This document shows, in pieces, positions 37,003 through 47,700 of a stretch of 64,000 nucleotides of DNA. The DNA is from a virus (Duplodnaviria > Caudoviricetes): positions 32,001-96,000 of the IMG/VR virus record IMGVR_UViG_3300027852_000032; one strand, written 5' to 3'. Each line of letters starts with the position of its first letter. Positions within the stretch are counted from its first letter, which is position 1. Made by a program: the position numbers and the translations under genes. Under the pieces are notes generated by a model. It saw nothing but the letters and a program-made list of their open reading frames with translations. It had not been told where the DNA came from and did not search any database.

Positions 37003-37054
37003 ACTTTTTATCCTTTATGATGCGAGGAAATATTTCAATCCTCGCATCGTTGGT

Positions 37055-39559
37055 TTATGATTTAATTGTATCTTCTGTTCTAATTGTCGCAATCGACCTG
37101 TCAGATCCGCTGGTAGCATCATCAGTTGAGAATGGGATAATCGGAGTACTGTTTGCAGAATTTCTGACAACAACCCTGAAATAAATAGGATCAGCGTAAA
37201 CAATAGACGTACTCGCCTCGGTTGCGACTGCGTGCTGGTCAAGAAGGGGAACGAACACATCATCTAATGTGTTAATCGCAATCGGGCAACAATTCAACTC
37301 AATAGAATCTGTCGAAGTCTGTCCTGCAATGGCCGGAGATATCTGAATAGTGTCGTCATCGTCAACACTGGTAACATATGATACCTCTGACAGAGTGTGG
37401 TTGTAAACCAAATCACCTCGTTTAGCACTTGCAAATGCGCCTGATTCTACGATGGTATCCGTGTCTGTTCCCACATCTGCACTGGGCACAACAATGTTCG
37501 CCAAGGTAAATGTAGATGTTGACCATGAGTCATACCGAATCCTATATTCTTTATTGTTATCGGATTCATCCCTGATCCTTAACACACCTCCAGCAGTCTT
37601 TCCAGGAACGTCCTGAGCAATAACTGAATCAACCACCAATGTTGCGTCACCAATAGCCTCGCCACCTGCAGCTGAATACTCAGTCTTGTCAATGCTGCCA
37701 CCTAACCCAGTGAGCCTGAATATCGTAACTCTGTCGTCTGTAGTGGAAGCCTGACCCGCACCTATCAGGTTTGAAACTTCGATTGTGATAGCAGTCGGTC
37801 TGGTCTTTGTCCCACCTTCGATGGGAGTTAACTGGAAGGCATTTTCATCTGCTGCTGACCAATCGGCTAAAAGAACCCCTCTTGCGCCAAAGAATGTCCC
37901 GCCCGCGAAAGTACCAAAAGGAGACTGCTTTTTCGGGGAGAATGTCACAGCAGCGGTATCGGGTGTAACTGTACCGCTGTTGGTATTCTCGGTTATAACG
38001 CCGGTTGTGTTAAATGTTCCTCTAACATTCCTGAGCAACATAACTTTATCAGTGGCGTCGTATGACTGGATAACTCCTGTTGCGCCCGACCCAGCCTGCG
38101 TAACATCCTCGCCCTCTGCAATCGTACCAGTTACCGTTCCTGACCATTCCAAATAAACTTCTCCACCAATGTACTGCTCAGCTTCCAGGCCGTCGGTGTC
38201 AGTGGTTACGGTATTCCCCCTTCGAGTTACATATTTTAACCACTCGTAAACCTCAGTCAAAGGATTCTGGTTACAGTCAATGGTTATGGCGTAATTCTCA
38301 TCTAAACCATCGTCATCGATGTCATAATTGACATGGGTATGGCCACCAGCACCTACGGTCGGGGGCGTATTCGCAGTGAACCATGTGCTCAAAGCTGGAC
38401 CCTGATCAGCAGGAGCGCTTCCGTTCTTTGTCCCTGTTCCGGTATCATCTTCATTTGTCAATGTTTCAGACGCGGTCTGGAAATCAGTCTGGGGGTCATC
38501 GAGCAAATAGTAATGAACGGTCTGTGTTGCCCCAGGGGTATCTATTTTGGTAATGATTGCGCGGGCGCCAGAAGTATCCCCAGATATCTCATTACCAACA
38601 GCCCAATTGCCGGCAGCAGCAGTGAAAGTAATACTCTTATATCCAGTGGTATTATCAAGATCAGGAGCAGTCGCCAGCGGAATTGGATTCCTACCACCAG
38701 ATGTGATAGAATTCGCGGCCTCGTAACTGTCGTATAGAGTACTGCCCTTTCTTGCAAAAATGGATACATACCCACCATCAATTATAGGATTATCGGCTTG
38801 TGTAAAATCCCTAATGTAAAGGCATCTATCAATGTGTCCATCTCCCCACCAATCCTGCGTGTCATTGGCAATCGATACGAGTCTTTCTCTTTCACCATCG
38901 GCTACTGCGCCCCGGTAAATATAGATATGGGTATCTGCTTCGATTGTACCAATGGAATACAGGTTTGCCCATATTTGCTCACCAGAGGTCGCTGCTGCTG
39001 GCTGAGTGGCATTATGAGCATTACAGGTGAGATTCCCAGATGTGCTATTGAAATCATTCGCAAGCTCGTTTGTGTCTGGGCGGATCACCAGGTAATCGAC
39101 TGTACCTCCGTTATCGATTACATCAAGCAATGTCCCTGCGTCACCGTCAGCGTGGGTGATATCGAGTCCAATATCGCCGGTAACTATATTGTTTGTCGCA
39201 TTGATAACAGGGGCAACGACAAGCCCTACAGCACCGGTTCCATCACCGGGAAGGCTTCTCGTCCATCCAGCGGTCTTTAAAGCACCACCTGTCATATGCT
39301 CCATGCTCTCATATGAGATATACCAAGGATTTAGATCCCCTGAGTCAATTGCTCCTACTGTATACTCAACAGGAGTCTGCGCGGACATAGGCACACCGTC
39401 ATCCATCTGTAAAGAATTGTCAAAATGATCCTGCAGTGCCGAGTATAACTCATTCATTGTATTCGTACCAGTAGCTGCCCCTGTCCAAAAAAGCCGCTTC
39501 TGCCTGTTTTCGTCAAGGTAATAAATTGTAAAATTACCGCCCAAAATAGTATCGCTCAT
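37055..39559 (-). CDS. Large acidic virion structural protein (fibre/appendage candidate)
   Basis: 834 aa, T/D/G-rich; GAGGAGGGG RBS; two G..SGA.(A/G)(I/V) baseplate-like repeats. Confidence 0.65.
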   Translation of the reverse strand: MSDTILGGNFTIYYLDENRQKRLFWTGAATGTNTMNELYSALQDHFDNSLQMDDGVPMSAQTPVEYTVGAIDSGDLNPWYISYESMEHMTGGALKTAGWTRSLPGDGTGAVGLVVAPVINATNNIVTGDIGLDITHADGDAGTLLDVIDNGGTVDYLVIRPDTNELANDFNSTSGNLTCNAHNATQPAAATSGEQIWANLYSIGTIEADTHIYIYRGAVADGERERLVSIANDTQDWWGDGHIDRCLYIRDFTQADNPIIDGGYVSIFARKGSTLYDSYEAANSITSGGRNPIPLATAPDLDNTTGYKSITFTAAAGNWAVGNEISGDTSGARAIITKIDTPGATQTVHYYLLDDPQTDFQTASETLTNEDDTGTGTKNGSAPADQGPALSTWFTANTPPTVGAGGHTHVNYDIDDDGLDENYAITIDCNQNPLTEVYEWLKYVTRRGNTVTTDTDGLEAEQYIGGEVYLEWSGTVTGTIAEGEDVTQAGSGATGVIQSYDATDKVMLLRNVRGTFNTTGVITENTNSGTVTPDTAAVTFSPKKQSPFGTFAGGTFFGARGVLLADWSAADENAFQLTPIEGGTKTRPTAITIEVSNLIGAGQASTTDDRVTIFRLTGLGGSIDKTEYSAAGGEAIGDATLVVDSVIAQDVPGKTAGGVLRIRDESDNNKEYRIRYDSWSTSTFTLANIVVPSADVGTDTDTIVESGAFASAKRGDLVYNHTLSEVSYVTSVDDDDTIQISPAIAGQTSTDSIELNCCPIAINTLDDVFVPLLDQHAVATEASTSIVYADPIYFRVVVRNSANSTPIIPFSTDDATSGSDRSIATIRTEDTIKS

Positions 39560-39574
39560 ACCGATCCCCTCCTC

Positions 39575-40489
39575 TTAAAGATTCAAATCTTCTGTTAAAT
39601 TAACAATAATACTCAACCCTTGCGCTGTAATCTCTCCGTTTACAGTAACAGGGATATACCTCAGACCCCCTCCTATAACGCTGGATTTTCTTACTCTTAT
39701 CTCTACATCCAGGTCAGATGTGTGGAGAAAGACCTCTGTTGCCTTGCCAGACGCCACTTGCTCATTCATATACACTACATGGGTAACGGCGTCTCTTATC
39801 TGTACACCCGCAAGGTTAACATTGCAATTGACAGTTAAGTGGCAATATGTACCATCCACATCTTTCACCCTTCCGGTGCAATTACCGCTGCTCACAACTG
39901 TAAAATCATTGCTCCCGCAATCGATATATTGTCCATCCGCCGAGAGCAAGCAATTGTCGAGCTCAAGGTCATATTCGCAAACGAAGTTTATTCCGTCAGT
40001 TGTCGAGAGGATTTCAAGCACATCTGCCTGGGGATCGTCAACAGCTTCGACCTGCAGATAATCGTACAATTCATTAAGCGTATGATTCGAAGTCATTGTT
40101 ATTTTGTCTGTTGTATGGTTTACGCTTATTCCAGTATACGCTGCGACTGTAGCCTTGGTTGCCTCTGTGATATGAGTATTCTCGTCCAGATAGAAAATAC
40201 TTACCAATGCTTCTGTAATATCCTGGCTTATAGAAAAAGCCTGTAACCCGTACTTCAAGCACCGGATGTCATGAGGATTCCTGGCTGTCGTGGTTGTTGT
40301 TGATGTCGCAACTGAATGGGAATTGGCCTCAACCTTTTGTTGGGCTATAGCTCCTTGAGCGTCTGTAGTTTGATTTACTACTGCGGTATCACTCACATTC
40401 AAAGCGTATATCTTTACCCCCACCTCAACACTACCGCCTTCATAGGTAGTCGCGTCCCATGTATATTTTTCTAAAACGATTGCAGCCAT
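39575..40489 (-). CDS. Virion structural protein
   Basis: GAGGT RBS before ATG 40489; beta-rich. Confidence 0.6.
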   Translation of the reverse strand: MAAIVLEKYTWDATTYEGGSVEVGVKIYALNVSDTAVVNQTTDAQGAIAQQKVEANSHSVATSTTTTTARNPHDIRCLKYGLQAFSISQDITEALVSIFYLDENTHITEATKATVAAYTGISVNHTTDKITMTSNHTLNELYDYLQVEAVDDPQADVLEILSTTDGINFVCEYDLELDNCLLSADGQYIDCGSNDFTVVSSGNCTGRVKDVDGTYCHLTVNCNVNLAGVQIRDAVTHVVYMNEQVASGKATEVFLHTSDLDVEIRVRKSSVIGGGLRYIPVTVNGEITAQGLSIIVNLTEDLNL

Positions 40490-40490
40490 C

Positions 40491-41189
40491 TTAAACCTCA
40501 ATCAAATTGAGTTCACATTCTTTGCATAATTCCCGGTCAAACTTCATTACCTTGGATGGAGCGAAATTTGGGATATCCCATTGCTTCTGCATACCCGTTA
40601 CTGTTGTTTCTTTCCCTAAATGGCGGATGTCTCTTGCTGAATAAGTTTCAGATACACACGAAAACGACCACCTGATCGCCCCGATTAATCCCTCAAGCAA
40701 AGCGAAGGCTTCCGCGCCTTCTGTAGTCAGATGCCATTTATTTGCAGTAATTTGACCGATGCAATACCGTGTGTAGACCATCGCTTTCTTCTGATCCTCT
40801 ACAAAAGCATCAATCAGAGTCCCAAACCCTTCCCTATAACCCATTGTTTTCCACCAATTATAGGTGGTAACTGGCGCCAATTCACACTTATCGCACAAGG
40901 GCTCTTTCAAGATAATGATCCTGCTTTGAACAGGAATGATCTCAGCTTTCTTTGCAGCATCCCCCCACCCATTTCTGCTCGCTAATTCTCCTAAATCACG
41001 GGTAAAATTTCTCCCCACCTTCAGGGTATACCGCAAGTTAGACCCCAGATTATTCCAGTCTTGTCTCCAACCTAAGTCACTATATTTATCAAGAAAAGCT
41101 CTATTTGCAACACCTTTCCCTTTAACAGAACTCATGAAGGGGACAATATTTTTATAATACGCCATCACTACTTCTTCTAATTTTTCCAT
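40491..41189 (-). CDS. Hypothetical protein
   Basis: 232-aa ORF in the structural operon; two CxxC pairs. Confidence 0.6.
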   Translation of the reverse strand: MEKLEEVVMAYYKNIVPFMSSVKGKGVANRAFLDKYSDLGWRQDWNNLGSNLRYTLKVGRNFTRDLGELASRNGWGDAAKKAEIIPVQSRIIILKEPLCDKCELAPVTTYNWWKTMGYREGFGTLIDAFVEDQKKAMVYTRYCIGQITANKWHLTTEGAEAFALLEGLIGAIRWSFSCVSETYSARDIRHLGKETTVTGMQKQWDIPNFAPSKVMKFDRELCKECELNLIEV

Positions 41190-41191
41190 AT

Positions 41192-42559
41192 TTATACCTG
41201 CAATATTTTATCTTTATCGAAAGTGGAATTAACTAAGGTCACGGTTAAACCATCATCGACCACTAAATCGTATGTGTTGTCCGTAGCAACATAGTTAGTC
41301 ATTTCCATCGTAGCTTTAAAATAGAAACCTCTTGTGCAGTTAAAGACCTGAATACCGTCTATAGACTGAGGGGCAACGTAGACGGTACCTATGTAACCAT
41401 CTCCAGTGGGATCATGGAATTTGCAATCTTTAATCTTCAGGGTAGAGCTTCTGAATTCGATATTTTCACACGTGTCGAAGTCACAATCGATAAGATCAAT
41501 CTCACCTGCACTACCCGCGGCCAGACCGAAAAACACGTCTTTCCATCTATAGAATTTTGAAGCGTACGCCAAGAGCTTATTGGTAAAACTGCTTCCGCCT
41601 TCGACAATAAAATCAGCCATTGGGTAATCGGTATCGCCATCAATGGCTACATCCGGTGTGACAAGAGAACAGCCATTCACGGCATAACTGCCCTGGGTCT
41701 GGACATCTTTTTTCCCAACTCTCAGAGTAGCATTATTTTTAACCCGCCAATCATGTTGAGCAGCTACACTGAACTGATTGTTAAAAACAAAGGTATTCTC
41801 CACTGCAAAATAAGTTGCTGTTGTTCCGTCGCCAAACTGCATTCCGTTCCAAAGCTCAATAAAAACATCTCTCAAACCAATTAAACCGTAACCAGGATCG
41901 GTTGATGGATCAGAACCTACAGCATCCCATGTCGATAAACTCTCAATATCAGCAGGGCTGGCGGATGTACCTGCCGTTACCTGTACCGTATTGCCTGATT
42001 TCCACCAGTCAATTGCCAAGTCCGGATCGCCATTCTGAGTGTTTGGGTTTGTGAAATAAAATCTGACTTCAACTACCCGAACCGCTGTTAATGTTGCCCC
42101 GGTTCCCCCCACGGTCGTAGGGTTATCCCCAGAACAAATAAACCGGTTCCAAGAGGCAACTAAGGCAGGGAATAATCCATCTGTCGTATGACCTGTCAAT
42201 TCCCACTCAACGTAATCAGTCCCTGCCGTAGCAGTAGAATAAACCCGAACTACAATCGAATCTGATGGACCTAAGACCTGTTCTGATTTTGCAGTATAAT
42301 AAAACCACCAAGTGAAATCGTTTGCCGTCCAGTCAATCGCGCTATCAACAGTCAAAACACGGCGGATATAACGCCAGGCATTTGAGCTGCTATAATCAAA
42401 CTCAATTAAGTTTGAGCCCTGCTTCCTATTATCCGTAAAGTCATTCCCTGCGGAAAAACTAGACATATCATCCGCAAAGCCGGTTGTGATATCGCAGGTA
42501 TGCAAGGTTTGTAAATCGGTTGTTCCATCCGCCCTTTTATATGAGAATGTTCCAGGCAT
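41192..42559 (-). CDS. Virion protein (carbohydrate-binding-like N-terminus, beta-helix-like C-terminus)
   Basis: Trp-rich beta-sandwich-like segment; IDCDFDTCENIEF..IKDCKF periodicity. Confidence 0.55.
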   Translation of the reverse strand: MPGTFSYKRADGTTDLQTLHTCDITTGFADDMSSFSAGNDFTDNRKQGSNLIEFDYSSSNAWRYIRRVLTVDSAIDWTANDFTWWFYYTAKSEQVLGPSDSIVVRVYSTATAGTDYVEWELTGHTTDGLFPALVASWNRFICSGDNPTTVGGTGATLTAVRVVEVRFYFTNPNTQNGDPDLAIDWWKSGNTVQVTAGTSASPADIESLSTWDAVGSDPSTDPGYGLIGLRDVFIELWNGMQFGDGTTATYFAVENTFVFNNQFSVAAQHDWRVKNNATLRVGKKDVQTQGSYAVNGCSLVTPDVAIDGDTDYPMADFIVEGGSSFTNKLLAYASKFYRWKDVFFGLAAGSAGEIDLIDCDFDTCENIEFRSSTLKIKDCKFHDPTGDGYIGTVYVAPQSIDGIQVFNCTRGFYFKATMEMTNYVATDNTYDLVVDDGLTVTLVNSTFDKDKILQV

Positions 42560-42562
42560 ATC

Positions 42563-42982
42563 TTATTCCCATGTTTCTATCGTTACCCTTGTGTGGGGTG
42601 TTGTTTGCACCGTAACATGCGAAGGTTCAGATGGACTTGTTCCATCATAAACCAAAACAGTATCGTTTGAGAAAAAACTTTCATTACCTGACGTATCATA
42701 AGCCGTCAGGTTGAAAATATTCTCCCCTTCAATCAAATTTTCAGCAACGATCTCAACACTGGTTGCCGTTGGGTCAGGGACTTCAATAAGAAGTTCTTTT
42801 GCGAGATATACTCTATATCCAGCAAGATCATCCTCCGTATTGGCTGTCCAAGAAACCCGTATACTTTTACTGATCGTATCTCCGGGAGCCGGAAAACTCG
42901 TTTTTTGGAAGAAAAGAAATAAAGATATCACCAACACCAACACTGTCATTATTCTTGTTTTTGTTTTTGTTTTTGTTTTCAT
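42563..42982 (-). CDS. Exported fibronectin type III domain protein
   Basis: Signal/TM helix; VSWTANTEDDLAGYRVY..LTAYDTSGNES; in-frame (KT)4 repeat at the N-terminus. Confidence 0.8.
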   Translation of the reverse strand: MKTKTKTKTRIMTVLVLVISLFLFFQKTSFPAPGDTISKSIRVSWTANTEDDLAGYRVYLAKELLIEVPDPTATSVEIVAENLIEGENIFNLTAYDTSGNESFFSNDTVLVYDGTSPSEPSHVTVQTTPHTRVTIETWE

Positions 42983-43014
42983 TATTCTAAATTCCTTTTT
43001 GATTTTTTAGCTTA

Positions 43015-44124
43015 TTATAAATTTGTTCTTACGTCTATTTCTTTAACAGGTGTCCCGTCACTCCAAGCACCCATAAACCTCTGTTTGTCAGTATTACCTA
43101 ATCCGTATTCACGATTTTTATTGTAAAAAGCGGCATCAGTTAGACCGTCAAAAAGCTTCCATAAACCATAATAATCTAATGCATCAATTACTCTTCTTTC
43201 TTGAAAACTTGTTTTTGTTTTGACTATTTTTTCGTTTTCTTTTGGAGATTCTCCATTATATTTTATTGTTTTAATTTCACCATTTTTTTTCGATAAACTA
43301 TTATAATGTGAAACCGGCGATGACGCTGTGAAATGGTTAGCTATTAATGGTGGGAACCCATGTTCATCGGATCTAAGCAATATATAATTTTTATTTTTAA
43401 GAAGGATTTTTGTACTTTCTTTAAAAATCCTTTTGGCATCAATATTTTTAACGACCCTGTCCTTGTCTCCCGCGATAGTCAAAAGTAAAGTATTTTTATT
43501 GATTTTTGCCAAATTTTCTAAAGGGATATTCATCCCCTCTGCTTTTTTCCATGTTACCCCAGGCAAAACGCACATTATAGAACGAGGAGTCGGAAGACCT
43601 TCTTTATTTGCAATAGCCCCCATGTTAGCGGAAATAATACCGCCGACGGAGTGACCTACTACAGCAAATCTAGATAAGTCAGGCTTTACATGCCCTTTCT
43701 CTGTTTGCAGAATCAAAATTGCATTTTTTACCGCTTTGATCGCATTATATGTGAGGTTTTTTGGAGGGGTCATGAGCCCTTTTTGATAGCGAGGAAAGAT
43801 TACAATATTTCTCCGTTTTACGATATGATCTATCCATGCTCCGTAATTACTTGGGGTCATCGCCATCCATCCATGGTTAAATACAATAACAGGGGCTTTT
43901 TTAGGCTCAGGGTTATTTGGTTCAAAAATCCAAAATTCGTCGTTTCCTTTATTGTAATGAAACATAGTTACCGAATTATGCTTATATCTGAATTTATAAG
44001 TATCAACAATTGGTATTTGTGGTTTAAGAGGTTGCTGCGGAGATAGGGTTTTAGTCTCTGCATATGATAAAGACTGAAAAAACAAAATTCCTGTAATGAC
44101 GACGATTAAAGATTTTAAGCTCAA
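43015..44124 (-). CDS. Exported alpha/beta hydrolase (chlorophyllase/lipase-like)
   Basis: Signal peptide; VFNHGW oxyanion motif, GHSVG nucleophile elbow, GDKDRVV, ANHF; AGGAGG RBS. Confidence 0.85.
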   Translation of the reverse strand: MSLKSLIVVITGILFFQSLSYAETKTLSPQQPLKPQIPIVDTYKFRYKHNSVTMFHYNKGNDEFWIFEPNNPEPKKAPVIVFNHGWMAMTPSNYGAWIDHIVKRRNIVIFPRYQKGLMTPPKNLTYNAIKAVKNAILILQTEKGHVKPDLSRFAVVGHSVGGIISANMGAIANKEGLPTPRSIMCVLPGVTWKKAEGMNIPLENLAKINKNTLLLTIAGDKDRVVKNIDAKRIFKESTKILLKNKNYILLRSDEHGFPPLIANHFTASSPVSHYNSLSKKNGEIKTIKYNGESPKENEKIVKTKTSFQERRVIDALDYYGLWKLFDGLTDAAFYNKNREYGLGNTDKQRFMGAWSDGTPVKEIDVRTNL

Positions 44125-44159
44125 AGTTCCTCCTTTATTAGATATTCGTTTGGTTGTTT

Positions 44160-44564
44160 TTATGAACTTGTTAAAATTCCAAATAAAGCCGCAATAAATG
44201 TAGCCGCGCCGGTAGACCCTGTATTGATTTTAATCCCAAACGATAGCCCCGAGGCGTAGCTTATTTTTTGAACGGGAACTATCGGGGGTCCGACAGATTG
44301 ATCCGGCTGAGAAATGGCTGTCTGATGGGTAGTTCCTGTTAACCCTGCTAAGGTCACTTGCTGTATCCAGTCCCCCCCAGAAGCATCCCCTCCAAAATCA
44401 GCATCAACCAAACCCGCAAGGGTAGCAGAAACCGTATAAATTTTGACCATATGCGGTACCATAACTTTTCCAGAAGGAACCGTAAAAATAGTCTGTTTTG
44501 TTGTTGTTTGCCCATTGATTGAAACCGCCCCTAATAAGGTCATTGCGTGTTCTCTTAAATCCAT
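44160..44564 (-). CDS. Small virion protein
   Basis: IFTVPSGK motif; beta-sandwich-like composition. Confidence 0.55.
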   Translation of the reverse strand: MDLREHAMTLLGAVSINGQTTTKQTIFTVPSGKVMVPHMVKIYTVSATLAGLVDADFGGDASGGDWIQQVTLAGLTGTTHQTAISQPDQSVGPPIVPVQKISYASGLSFGIKINTGSTGAATFIAALFGILTSS

Positions 44565-44568
44565 AAAA

Positions 44569-44754
44569 TTACCCTTCCCTTTTTATAATAACATTGTTGT
44601 CCATGCAAACTACTTCATTGTTATGACAAATAATCCTATCTTGGCTATTATTATACATTTCGCGATCAATAATCTCCATGTCTGTTGTCATTATAACGTC
44701 CCATCCAGTGACACCATAATCAATTGTATGTAACCCATAATTTGTTGTCGCCAT
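44569..44754 (-). CDS. Short tail-fibre-anchor-like protein
   Basis: TTNYGL..GW..IID resembles tail fibre N-termini. Confidence 0.5.
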   Translation of the reverse strand: MATTNYGLHTIDYGVTGWDVIMTTDMEIIDREMYNNSQDRIICHNNEVVCMDNNVIIKREG

Positions 44755-44760
44755 AATACT

Positions 44761-47700
44761 TTACTCCTTTATGCAGGTTATCTGGACTTGTGATGATTCG
44801 TAAGTCGTTTCATTTACTGTTCTATAGTTTAAAACCTTACATACAACAACATCGGCAAGTGATCCGTTGTCTGTAATATTCATAGCCGATGTATAAGTCC
44901 ATGTATCAGAATCAACATCTGTTGTCGTTCTCATTAAAACGTCGGATACCCATATTTCAACTTCAAAATAACCTTCGTGTTCCCCTGTAGGAAGAATAAC
45001 GCCTGGAATACCTGTACCAGCCCCAAGACCCCGCATTCTTGGGGACCATTCAAGTACAATATCAGATGTATATCCCGGAGTTAATATCTCTCCATTTGCT
45101 GTTAAATTTACAGGGGGGTATGGGGTTTCAGCCTTCCCTTCAAAATTAATATTGATATTGGTTGCGTCGTTAATATCTCCGTAAAGCAACTCATTATAAG
45201 GAACCATTTTAAAGTCTTGTCCCACCCCAGAGATAAAAGTGCTATGCGTGATAGTCTCTGGAGAGTCTCCTAGAAAATAAAAAACAGAATTTTCTTCGTG
45301 AGATTGTTTTTCTGTTCCCATTCTCCCTCTTATCACATTATTAATTTTAAATCGGGAACCTGATATGAGGGTCATTGTTTCAAAAAAGATGATTTCGTCG
45401 CCTAAAAGAGCCACATTAATACTTCCATTAAGCGTTTGGGAGAAAGAAGCATCTTCAATTTGGTTTTCCCCATGTAAGAAATCGACAATTATTCCGTATT
45501 CGTTATCTATTGTAAGTGTATCCTCGGAATACGCCTGAACTAAAACACCATAAGGAGTTATATTTTCTATAGCATCAAACATCAAATAAGATGCTCCGCC
45601 ATCAGATGATATATTGAATTCAAACCCTACATCTAAATCAGATTCAGCCCCTGCGATAGGAAGAACATGAATAATAGAAGCGTCTGTCACCATATCGTAA
45701 GGAAGCTCAATGACTTCTTGGTTTGTAAACTGAATAATAGTGTAGTCAACTTCTTCCTCTGAAGGAGGCGAAGGATCCGAATATTCTGTTATTGTGCTTG
45801 AGGTTGAAAAAAAGTCTTCCGCTGCCTGAATGATAATTTTTTCAGAATTAAGTCCCTCTTCTGTAATAGATAACACACGACAAACCATATTCGATACACC
45901 ATTGTCGACAGAAGAAAATTTAAAGCAATCGCCAGGAGTTAACTGAAAAGAAGGTCTGTTCACAGTTAATTCAAGAATAGCGAATGGGTACGAAACCTTT
46001 TGCAGCGCATTCTTACTTGCCCATACTGCGTACTTGTTTTTGGTAAACAGAGAAAAATCTAATGTTTTTGTTACTATTCTTCTCTGAACCCCATAATTCC
46101 CTGTATCAAAGGCTACAGGATCGCTTGAGGAAGCTCTCAAATTAATGATACTTGCATCTCGATCAAGAAGTGAATAGTTTGACTTAATTTCGTTCAACGT
46201 ATCCGTCCAACTTTTTCTTCTGAAAGATGGTTTTTCAACCAACACATTTTCATCAATTAAAGGAAGGTTATCGACTGAATAATCATCTCTAATTAATTTT
46301 GGATGAAATTTACCATCAACTTGATATGTCATAATACAGTCTATATGTCTGAGCACATTAGAAATATAATTGTTTGCTGTTTTATAATCTCTTACTACTA
46401 AGCTAATCCCCATCCCTTCGGAATAGTTAAATTTTTTCAGCTCCCCTGTATTGGCTATCCCAAAAATAGTTGAATCGTATAAAATTAATGAAGTGACGTT
46501 TGTATCTCCAATAGAAGGAGCTACTTTTATCCAGGCGTCAACACCATTCCATTCTAATAAATACCCTGTGATTTCACCTCTATATAGCTTGTCTCTAAAA
46601 ATAACTTTTTGAACACAACCTGTTTCTCTATATTCATATGCGGGGGCAACCAAAACCCAAGCATCGACACCATTCCATTCTAATAATTGCCCCGATCGAC
46701 ATGATCCGTACAGCTTATCATTATAAACAATCAAAGAATAAATATAGGAATAGTTAGATAATTGAGGAGCGACTTTAATCAAAGAACCTCCTGAAAGCAT
46801 CCATAATTGCGCAGGTATTCCAGAACCTATGTATAAATTGCCATTGTAATTACACATAGAATATATCTCGTTTAAATCTGATGTTGCTTGAGCTACTTTT
46901 ATCCAGGCGTCAACGCCATTCCATTTAAGAAGGCATCTTGATCGTGTACCGTTATATAACTCCCCGTCAAAAACACATAAACAATTTGCAAATGAATTAG
47001 CATAAGGATCACCTGTAAAATCTGGAGCAACTACAACCCAAGTATCAACACCATTCCATTCTAATAATCTTCCTCCATTTCCTGAATACTCTTGCGTTCC
47101 CCCATATAATTTTCCATTAAAAACACATAATGTCCAGATTCCTCCGTCGACAGATATTGAATCCGCGACCGCAACCCATGTCTCATCCCCATCCCATTCA
47201 TATAATTTTCCATCTGTGTATGATCCAAAATATAATTTTTCATTAAATTCGCATAAATTACTAGCCGTATGATGAGGGCTTACATCTGCAACTATTACCC
47301 ATGAATCTCCTATGTTTCCACCGATTGTATCTGCCGTACTGGAAAAAGAAACAGAATCTAGCCATGTAGATGGCAAACAAACCAATTTTTCCAATATATA
47401 CCATAATGCGTGAATTGGATTGTAATCATATTTATCGATAATATGATTATTATTAAAAGGTAATTCTGGGGTTTTCCTTACTACTACCCGCATAGAAGGC
47501 ATTCGTTTTTGATCTATTCCTAAAATGCAATCTTTAAACAGTATCCAAAACAGACCTCTGTAAGGAGTATCAAGTGTCCCGTCAGGAATAACCCCATTAA
47601 CAGCCAAATATGATTCCGTTCCTGCTAATTCAATTGCTTGATCTTGAGTGCCAAAGAAAACGACTACTTCTCCCTGAAGTCTGTTCATATTGCAAGTGAA

